From the NCBI GenBank assembly GCA_965204895.1, contig OZ242025.1, positions 1,793,621-1,857,620 on the forward strand: 64,000 nucleotides of DNA, written 5' to 3'. Shown piece by piece: positions 9,407 through 16,336 of this stretch. Positions within the stretch are counted from its first letter, which is position 1, and every line of letters begins with the position of its first letter. The notes beneath the pieces are model-generated. The model saw only the letters and a program-made list of their open reading frames with translations, made no database searches and was not told the origin of the DNA. This DNA comes from Dehalococcoidia bacterium. GTDB taxonomy: Bacteria; Chloroflexota; Dehalococcoidia; Lucifugimonadales; UBA2985. The position numbers were made by a program, and so were the translations under genes.

Positions 9407-12175
9407 TTGTTCTCGGATCAGATTTCCAACAGATTGCAGGGGACTTTGCACAAGCTCTTGGGAATAGGTCTTCTGTGTTTGGTGGTCTCTGCAGCGCTAT
9501 CGGCGTGCGGTGAAGGGCCGGAACCGGAGCCAGTGGCTACCGCTGCGAGTACCGCTACGCCGACAGCCGCGCCGGCTCCAACCCATACAAGCGTACCACC
9601 GGCAACTTTGGCCCCGGGCCTCGTCACTACGCCCGTGCCGAGTCCCACCACGGTATCAACCCCAAGCGCCACCTCTACCCCCGCGCCATTGCCCACCACG
9701 CAGCAGCAAGAAGAAGCTCAGGATCACCCTGGCGAGATGCTGCCGTGGTTTGCCAGTCCGCCGGACGAGGCTCACATAACCGCCTCTGAGTTGATAACCA
9801 TCATTTGGATGCGGGATTCTTACACAGGGGAAACGGTTGCTCAAATGCCGTGGATTGTTGACGGGATTTCCGGCGGTGAGATTGCTGCTCTGAGGGCGTT
9901 AGCCGAGCCATCGTACTTCGGCATAGAGCTGGGTAGGGGCGTGGCTGAATCTCAGTGGGTTACCGATGGCCTTAGTGAAGGTGAGATTGATTTGCTGAGT
10001 TGGGCGCTTCCCAATGTGGCTTCCAGAGACCCGGATCTGGCAGTGTTGCTGTTCACCCCTCCCTGGGCGATGGACGGCCTGGACGACGCCGAATGGCTTG
10101 CTTTTGACATCCTGGTGCGAAGTGGAACCGAGCGCCCGGAGCTAGTCAGGCTCCTGGCCTCATCCCCCTGGGTTGCCGACGGCGCCGGCCGCACTGAACC
10201 GCTTATGGGTAACATTATTTCCTACTTTAATGAAATTGAAGTCAGAGACCCGGAAACAGCGATGCTGGTGGCGACAGCGCCCTGGGTGGTCGACGGCGTG
10301 GGCATTGGAGAGGCCCGCGTAATTCAATACGTGTCCAACTACCTGGAGAGCTTCCCGGAGAACGCCAGGCTGCTGCTGGACCTTCCCCAGGCTCTCGAAG
10401 GGTTGGCCGCCTACGACAGGCTGCTATACGACCTGGCGCCTATTGCTTTCTGGGACCGGCCTACTGCGCTGACCGTGTCCCGATACGCCGACGTCGCCAC
10501 AGAAGACATGGGCAGCTATCTCATCAGGTCGCTAACGCAATTCGCCGAGGGTGACTTGAATCGCTTTGACGAGCTTATTGAGCAGCCCTGGTTTGCCGAC
10601 GGGCTTGACGGCGGTGAGGCGGCGCTTGTGTCCACTCTCCACAACATCTTCAGGACCAGTCCGACCCTATACTATGAATTGCTGGAGACCCACTACGTTC
10701 AGAGCAAGACTGTTTCGTTGCCACTGGCCGGTGACGTCAACATCTGGGTTGTTCATAACGCTCCACCTCCACCGGGCGAAGACTTGCTCAAGGAAATCGC
10801 GGATACCGCTCGTATTTCCGAGGAGTACCTGGGGACGGAATTCCCCACGACGGACATTATTCTACTGGTGATAACCCCGGGCAATAGTGAATACGGGATA
10901 GGCGGGCACCATGCAGGCAGCCACATGGTGCTCAATAGGTCTAAGTCTAAGGGTGAAGTGAATGGCGTCCCGCACGAGACGGCCCACTACTACTTCTACT
11001 TCAACGTCGGCCAGGTGTGGTTCCGAGAGGGAGCGGCCCAGTTCATTGAGGCTTACGTTAACCATCGGACCGGCGAACAGCCCCTGGCCGACCGCAGGGC
11101 TCAGATGTCAGCTGAAACGGGAGCGAATTGTGTAGGCATAGGCACGGAGAACATACGGCATTTCACCTATGAACTGGAGCACATCTACGAGGGTCGCTTC
11201 TGGCCCGGCGGCTGTGGATACATCATGGGCGAGAATTTTCTGCTGCACGCATACTACGCGTTGGGTGCAGAGTCGATGTCAGCGGCCTTGAGGGAGCTGC
11301 TGTCACGCAATCAGGACTACCTACTGGGCGAGGAGTTGGTGCGGCCACCCACTGAAGAGGATATCTACGATACATTCCTGGAGCATACCCCGGCCGACCG
11401 GAAAGAGACGTTCAGAGACCTGTACCGCCGGCTGCACGGTGGGGCCTTCGCATTCCCGACCACCGATTTCTCAGACGAGCACGGAGATGAGCCGTCGGCG
11501 GCCTCCGCCATAGCAGTGGGACAGGCTATAGTGGGCGATCTGGACTACATGTTCGACTTCGACTACTTCAGGTTCCAGGCTGTAGAGGGGCAGAAGTACC
11601 GGATGAACGTCAACCACAACTCGCTGAGGATATCAAACATCACTCTGCTGGGCTTGGACGGGGTGACTCAGGAGATATGGAACTGGAAGTCCCGCAGACT
11701 GACGCCGTCCGGCCCTCAGATTCTATGGGTCGCGCCGGGCTCCGGAGACTACTACTTTGCCGTGCAGAACTTCGGCGGCAAGACGGGCCAGTACACGCTC
11801 ACCATTGCGCCTGTGGCCGATGTTGAGGATGACCACGGGGATTCCCTGGCCACAGCCACCTACGCATCTCTTGGAGAGGTTGTCCAGGGCGCTGTGGAAG
11901 ACGAGTTTGACCTCGACTACTTCCGGTTCCGGGTGGAGGCGGGTCGCAGGTACCAATTGAGTGTAAGCAGAGAGACCCTGGAATACTTCCGTATGAAGCT
12001 GTACGCGTCTGACGGGGCTCCACCCAGGGACTGGTATGGGAACCAGTTCGCCGATAACTCGGCGTCAGGGGACACGGTCGAGTGGGTGGCGCCGAGCTCC
12101 GGGGAGTTCTACGCTTCCGTAGAGGGCCATAGGGAGCACCTGGGCGCATACACCTTCACGATAACCAGCGCGTAG
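9407..12175 (+). CDS. Secreted lipoprotein paralog with intact HExxH (HETAH) gluzincin-like motif, six W-x-x-DG repeats and two PPC-type domains
   Basis: Collinear with 6265..9084 over its full length. Lipobox ALSAC, PT linker, HETAHYYF...WFREGAAQF (HExxH plus a downstream Glu as in MA-clan peptidases), DEHGD/DDHGD modules with FDFDYFRF and FDLDYFRF. Confidence 0.7.
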   Translation: MFSDQISNRLQGTLHKLLGIGLLCLVVSAALSACGEGPEPEPVATAASTATPTAAPAPTHTSVPPATLAPGLVTTPVPSPTTVSTPSATSTPAPLPTTQQQEEAQDHPGEMLPWFASPPDEAHITASELITIIWMRDSYTGETVAQMPWIVDGISGGEIAALRALAEPSYFGIELGRGVAESQWVTDGLSEGEIDLLSWALPNVASRDPDLAVLLFTPPWAMDGLDDAEWLAFDILVRSGTERPELVRLLASSPWVADGAGRTEPLMGNIISYFNEIEVRDPETAMLVATAPWVVDGVGIGEARVIQYVSNYLESFPENARLLLDLPQALEGLAAYDRLLYDLAPIAFWDRPTALTVSRYADVATEDMGSYLIRSLTQFAEGDLNRFDELIEQPWFADGLDGGEAALVSTLHNIFRTSPTLYYELLETHYVQSKTVSLPLAGDVNIWVVHNAPPPPGEDLLKEIADTARISEEYLGTEFPTTDIILLVITPGNSEYGIGGHHAGSHMVLNRSKSKGEVNGVPHETAHYYFYFNVGQVWFREGAAQFIEAYVNHRTGEQPLADRRAQMSAETGANCVGIGTENIRHFTYELEHIYEGRFWPGGCGYIMGENFLLHAYYALGAESMSAALRELLSRNQDYLLGEELVRPPTEEDIYDTFLEHTPADRKETFRDLYRRLHGGAFAFPTTDFSDEHGDEPSAASAIAVGQAIVGDLDYMFDFDYFRFQAVEGQKYRMNVNHNSLRISNITLLGLDGVTQEIWNWKSRRLTPSGPQILWVAPGSGDYYFAVQNFGGKTGQYTLTIAPVADVEDDHGDSLATATYASLGEVVQGAVEDEFDLDYFRFRVEAGRRYQLSVSRETLEYFRMKLYASDGAPPRDWYGNQFADNSASGDTVEWVAPSSGEFYASVEGHREHLGAYTFTITSA

Positions 12176-12395
12176 ATGGCAAGCCCCTCGCTCTATGCCC
12201 ACCGCCGGATAGGAAACGCTTGGCGGCCGCCCTGTGCCGTCTGCTTTTCCCGGCAATCCGCCCGCCGCGGGCCTGTCAGAGCCTCCTGATTTGTGGTAAA
12301 ACTATCTGGGACGGTGCCGTTGGCGCGTCGCCGTCCATGACTTGCCCCCGGACAGCGGGCCAGGGGCCAAACTTTAGCCGCGAAAGGCGGGGCTT

Positions 12396-13151
12396 ATGGA
12401 TATCAACGACATCTTCCCCAGAGGGCTGGACTTTGACGATGCCCTCAACCTCCTGGAGCCGGTTGCCGTCTACGTCTTTGGAATGGCCGTCTACGCCGCC
12501 TTCGTCTTCAGGTTCTACAGGTTCGTGGCCGCCAGGGACATGTTTGCGCTGGACCTGTCCAGGTATGAGGAGTCCAGGTTTCGCCCGGTGCGGGCCTTTC
12601 TCCACTTCGTCATGTACGTGGCCAAGTACATCATCCTGTTCCCCGTCTTCGCCTTCTTCTGGTTCGCGGTCCTCACCGTGATACTGGCGCTCCTGGCAAA
12701 GGAGCAGACCTTCTCGGACATACTGCTTACGGCGCTGGTGACGGTTGGCACCATCCGCGTGACCGCGTACCTCACGGAGGACCTCTCCAGGGATTTGGCC
12801 AAGATACTCCCCTTTGCCGTGCTGGCCATCTCCCTCATAGACCCGGCCTTCTTCGCAATTGAGGACTCCCTGGACGTGCTGATGGAGGTCAGGGACTACA
12901 GCGAGAACATCCTCTACTACCTGGTGTTCCTCATTGCCCTGGAGTTTGCTCTGCGACTGCTGATGGGGTTTGCCAGCCTGGTGCTGGTGGGCGACAGGGC
13001 GCGTACGCCGGAGGAGCCTGAGCCTGCCGCCGAGGCCGCGCCTGCTGCGGAGCCGCCGCCGGACGACTCCGGGTCGATGGAGGAGGACGCCGCGCCCGGT
13101 GACGACGCGGAGCCGCCGGACGATGCCCGGGCGCAGTCGCAGGAGCGGTGA
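12396..13151 (+). CDS. Multi-pass membrane protein with acidic Pro/Ala/Glu-rich C-terminal tail, function unknown
   Basis: 251-aa ORF with about 5 hydrophobic helices and a low-complexity acidic tail. I recognise no family motif. Confidence 0.5.
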   Translation: MDINDIFPRGLDFDDALNLLEPVAVYVFGMAVYAAFVFRFYRFVAARDMFALDLSRYEESRFRPVRAFLHFVMYVAKYIILFPVFAFFWFAVLTVILALLAKEQTFSDILLTALVTVGTIRVTAYLTEDLSRDLAKILPFAVLAISLIDPAFFAIEDSLDVLMEVRDYSENILYYLVFLIALEFALRLLMGFASLVLVGDRARTPEEPEPAAEAAPAAEPPPDDSGSMEEDAAPGDDAEPPDDARAQSQER

Positions 13152-13292
13152 GCCGTCCGCCACGCCCGTGACGGAGGGCATCCAGGAGGGAAGGGGAGTA
13201 GGCTCCCGTCTGCACTGGAGCGACGAAATGTGTGCCTCTGCCAACTCCGTCATTCCGGCGGAAGCCGGAATCCAGGAGAGGTGGAGGGAGCG
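13150..13292. repeat. Clamp-hairpin repeat cluster
   Basis: gggcatccag...ggctcccgtctgcactggagcgac...gtcattccggcggaagccggaatccag. The same unit of about 120 bp recurs at 13770..13965. Confidence 0.85.
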
Positions 13293-13293
13293 G

Positions 13294-13713
13294 CTACGCG
13301 TGAGCCAACCGCTCGGCGTACAGAATGTAGTCCGAGGTCTCGCGAATAAGGCGTTCCGTTACAACGGGTTCGCAGTAATCGTGGTAGAAGCACTCGCCGT
13401 GCAGCACGGCCTGGCGGTCGAAGTAGCGGGTCCGAAGGTCCCACAGCGACGGGTCGGCCGCCACGCCGGCCTGCAGTCGCCGGCCGGCCATGGTGGATGT
13501 CCCGGGCTCCTGCCCCGTGCGGATGAGGACCAGCGCCTCCGTGGCGCGCAGGGTGGCGCACCAGGCCTTCTCCGCCGCGTCTCGAATGTCGCCGGCCGCC
13601 ATCTGCTCCAGGGCGGAGTCGCGCATCCGGCGCGCGTCCGCGAAAATGCGGGCAGCATTGGCTTCCACTGTGGTCATCAGCTCTTCCTCAATTGAATTGT
13701 CGTCCGAGCGCAT
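13294..13713 (-). CDS. PaREP1-like helical-bundle protein, function unknown
   Basis: 139-aa ORF. The pattern AAEKAWCATLRATEALV ... LHGECFY resembles the PaREP1 family signature (SEKxWGA...A.KA ... LH.NFY). An alternative start is MTTVEAN at 13677. Confidence 0.45.
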   Translation of the reverse strand: MRSDDNSIEEELMTTVEANAARIFADARRMRDSALEQMAAGDIRDAAEKAWCATLRATEALVLIRTGQEPGTSTMAGRRLQAGVAADPSLWDLRTRYFDRQAVLHGECFYHDYCEPVVTERLIRETSDYILYAERLAHA

Positions 13714-13714
13714 T

Positions 13715-13963
13715 GTAGCATGAGGGAGAACGCCGCGTCATTCAATACGCGCGGACTGCCATTCCTCCGTAGGCAGGCATCCAGTAGGGAAGGGGAGTGG
13801 GGTCCCGTCTGCACGGGAGCGACGAACGGTGGGCCTCTGCCAACTTCGTCATTCCGGCGGAAGCCGGAATCTAGCGGCGGTGAGCCGCCCACCACGCCCG
13901 TGACTGCGGGCATCCAGTAGGGAAGCGGAGTGGGCTCTCGTCTGCACGGGAGCGACGGGCGGC
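13715..13963. repeat. Clamp-hairpin repeat cluster (about two units)
   Basis: Two units of the gggcatccag / tcccgtctgcacgggagcgac / cattccggcggaagccggaatc type. Confidence 0.85.
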
Positions 13964-13973
13964 GGGCTACTTG

Positions 13974-14222
13974 TCAGGCGTTCCTGTCAGACTGGGAGGG
14001 TGGAGGCTCATTGAACGGCTTGCCTTGCGCCTGGGCCTCCTCTCTCCGGCTGTTCCAGTCTTCCCACCTGGCCCGCTCTTCGTTTCGGCCTTCCCTTAGC
14101 CCCTCGTTTCGGCCCTCTCTTCTCAGCGCCTCTCTTATTCTGCTGGTGAGCACCATAATCCAACCTCCGGCTTCAACGACAATGATGGCGAGCACCGCGG
14201 ATGCCCGTCTGAGTGCGGGCAT
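13974..14222 (-). pseudogene. Second tandem duplicate of the same 3' cassette, 2 copies of the REGRNEGL-type unit
   Basis: 82-aa ORF, near identical to 14241..14513 with the same junction sequence. Confidence 0.4.
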
Positions 14223-14240
14223 GACTGAGGGGGCTACTTG

Positions 14241-14513
14241 TCAGGCGTTCCTGTCGGATTGGGAGGGTGGAGGCTCATTGAACGGCTTGCCTTGCGCCTG
14301 GGCCTCCTCTCTCCGGCTGTTCCAGTCTTCCCACCTGGCCCGCTCTTCGTTCCGGCCTTCCCTTAGCCCCTCGTTTCGGCCTTCCCTCAGCCCTTCGTTT
14401 CGGCCCTCTCTTCTCAGCGCCTCTCTTATTCTGCTGGTGAGCACCATAATCCAACCTCCGGCTTCAACGACAATGATGGCGAACACCGCGGATGCCCGTC
14501 TGAGTGCGGGCAT
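14241..14513 (-). pseudogene. Tandem duplicate of the 3' part (last TM plus tail) of gene 14532..14921, ORF intact, 3 copies of the REGRNEGL unit
   Basis: 90-aa ORF identical to the C-terminal 70-odd residues of the upstream gene except for unit number. A new ATG lies in the junction hairpin atgcccgcactcagacgggcat. No obvious RBS. Confidence 0.4.
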
Positions 14514-14531
14514 GACTGAGGGGGCTACTTG

Positions 14532-14921
14532 TCAGGCGTTCCTGTCGGATTGGGAGGGTGGAGGCTCATTGAACGGCTTGCCTTGCGCCTGGGCCTCCTC
14601 TCTCCGGCTGTTCCAGTCTTCCCACCTGGCCCGCTCTTCGTTTCGGCCCTCTCTTCTCAGCGCCTCTCTTATTCTGCTGGTGAGCACCATAATCCAACCT
14701 CCGGCTTCAACGACAATGATGGCGAACACCGCCGATGCGAGCGCCAATTCGCCTGTGCGCTCCCATACACGGAGTAGTATTGCCTGGATGGATGTTGATT
14801 GCTGCCATACCTCAGCGACGATGAAGATGATACCAACAATGATTTGACCCGTAAAGAGCGCATAGTATACCAGGGCCGTCCGGCTGGTTACGCTCCAAAC
14901 GGATATGCGGTCTTCATTCAA
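14532..14921 (-). CDS. Small two-TM membrane protein with Arg/Glu-rich cytoplasmic tail
   Basis: 129-aa ORF with two hydrophobic helices (LVYYALFTGQIIVGIIFIV, AVFAIIVVEAGGWIMVL) followed by REGRNEERARWEDWNSRREEAQAQ. The opposite strand is also open (13930..14847), so strand choice is not certain. Confidence 0.5.
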   Translation of the reverse strand: MNEDRISVWSVTSRTALVYYALFTGQIIVGIIFIVAEVWQQSTSIQAILLRVWERTGELALASAVFAIIVVEAGGWIMVLTSRIREALRREGRNEERARWEDWNSRREEAQAQGKPFNEPPPSQSDRNA

Positions 14922-15111
14922 GGGCCGGTCTCATTGCTTCAAGAGGTGTACTGAGGTGTACTAGGCAAGCGTCTGCGCCCAGGCCGCTGCCATACAGCCG
15001 AGCGTTACGCCGGAGCTTCCCGCCGTATCCTCTCTGGGTAACGGGCTGCGCAACGGTAGATGCGTGGTCTCCCTGAGCCTTGCACGCTCATTGTAGCACA
15101 AAACCCCAAAT

Positions 15112-15204
15112 GGGGGTGTGCAGGCGGGCGCGCAGGTAGTAGAATTGGCGCTGGCAAGTGTGAAAAAGGGCAATAGATCCTATGGTTATCTTGCATTTGA
15201 ATGG
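15112..15204 (+). repeat. Upstream module copy 1 (about 93 nt), shared by two surface-protein genes
   Basis: gggggtgtgcaggcgggcgcgcaggtagtagaattggcgctggcaagtgtgaaaaagggcaatagatcctatggttatcttgcatttgaatgg aligns along its length with 16142..16235. Confidence 0.8.
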
Positions 15205-15275
15205 GTTGCTGTTACCATATAAGAAAGCGCTGGTGGGGAAGAACAACCATACCACGGGGAGACAGGAGGTAAGTC

Positions 15276-15557
15276 TTGGCTACCATAAATGACCGGATAA
15301 CAAAGCTGGAAGACGCGTTTATCACACTGGCGGAGGGGCAGCGCGAGTTTGCCGCCATCTTGAAGGGTCTGGTGGAGGGCCAGCGCGAGTTTGCCGCCAT
15401 CTTGAAGGGTCTGGCGGAGGGCCAGAACGCTCTGGTGGAGGGTCAGAACGCTCTGGTGGAGGGTCAGAACACTCTAATTGAAGGCCAGAAGGCTATTATA
15501 GCCACCCTGCAGGACCACTCCGTAGAGTTGAAGCTCATTCGGGAGCACCTTGGATAG
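15276..15557 (+). CDS. Small coiled-coil repeat protein (EGQ repeats)
   Basis: 93-aa ORF with a TTG start 6 nt after AGGAGG. Internal tandem repeats: EGQREFAAILKGL x2 and EGQNALV-type heptads x4. Confidence 0.6.
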   Translation: MATINDRITKLEDAFITLAEGQREFAAILKGLVEGQREFAAILKGLAEGQNALVEGQNALVEGQNTLIEGQKAIIATLQDHSVELKLIREHLG

Positions 15558-15689
15558 GGATAACGCGTATTCTCAACAAGAGTCGGTGACGCCCACTCCC
15601 GTTGAGGGTCTCTCCCCTTCGTCACTCGTGATGAATCTACATCCTTTTCTCTCATAGTGAGCTTGGCCCGTATCAAGTACGGGGATTAG

Positions 15690-16141
15690 CAGACCTTCGC
15701 GTAACTAAGGTGTCGTCCCAGAGGTACGCTTCTCGTCATTTCCGCGCAAGCGGGAATCTATTTCCCTCTCTTTAGCAGGAGTCCTGGATTCCGGCTTCCG
15801 CCGGAATGACGGTGCAACACACTCCATTCAGGACAACGCTGGAGTTATTCAAATATCTGCGAAGGCAGGCATCCGGGAGCGGTGAGCCGCCCGCCTTTCC
15901 CGCTCGTGGTGAGCATGGTCGAACCAGAGCGGGAAGATAGGCGTGATGTGTACCCGCTCACCCTTCGACAGGCTCAGGATGAGCGGAAAGAGCGCTTGTG
16001 ATGCAGCGGTGAGCCGTCCGCCACGTGTTCGCCATTCCTGCGGAGGCAGGAATCCAGGGGGTCGTGAGGGGGTCGGCGGCTTTAGATTCCTCACGAAGTT
16101 TACCCTGAGCGTAGCCGAAGGGTTCGGAATGACGGCCTGAT
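15690..16141. repeat. Clamp-hairpin repeat cluster (mixed modules)
   Basis: The terminus gaccttcgcgtaact is shared with the copy at 1..20. Modules: catttccgcgcaagcgggaatc, ctggattccggcttccgccggaatgac, cattcctgcggaggcaggaatccag, gattcctcacgaag...ccgaagggttcggaatgac. Confidence 0.85.
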
Positions 16142-16235
16142 AGGGGTGTGCAGACGGGCGCGAAGTGTGTAGAATGGGCGGGGGAAAGTGTGAAAAAAGG
16201 GGCAATAAACCCTATCCTGTTCTTGACAGGAATGG
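16142..16235 (+). repeat. Upstream module copy 2
   Basis: aggggtgtgcagacgggcgcgaagtgtgtagaatgggcgggggaaagtgtgaaaaaaggggcaataaaccctatcctgttcttgacaggaatgg. Confidence 0.8.
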
Positions 16236-16336
16236 TACAATCTGTAATCGGGTATAATACTTGTTTCTCGTTTGTAGGAGCATGGCGAGACAGCATGGAC
16301 ATTATGCTGAGAAAGCACCTTGAGGAGGTTCGTTAG

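Larger units (their letters stand above)
13964..14732. repeat. Three direct tandem copies (periods 267 and 291 bp) of a gene 3' segment, differing by an internal 24-bp unit (2, 3 and 1 copies)
   Basis: The motif gggctacttgtcaggcg recurs at 13964, 14231 and 14522. Copies differ by only a few substitutions plus the 24-bp indels. Confidence 0.95.

Noticed and set aside
13964-14732. Possible diversity-generating retroelement (template and variable repeat at a gene 3' end)
   Set aside because: Differences between copies are few and not adenine-specific. No reverse transcriptase or accessory gene is nearby, and the copies are head-to-tail.
13930-14847. 305-aa plus-strand ORF running uninterrupted through all three tandem cassette copies
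   Set aside because: The product is Ser/Leu/Pro/Arg-rich low complexity with no start context. The minus strand gives a plausible two-TM protein. This is not fully excluded and is flagged in the finding as needing strand-specific data.
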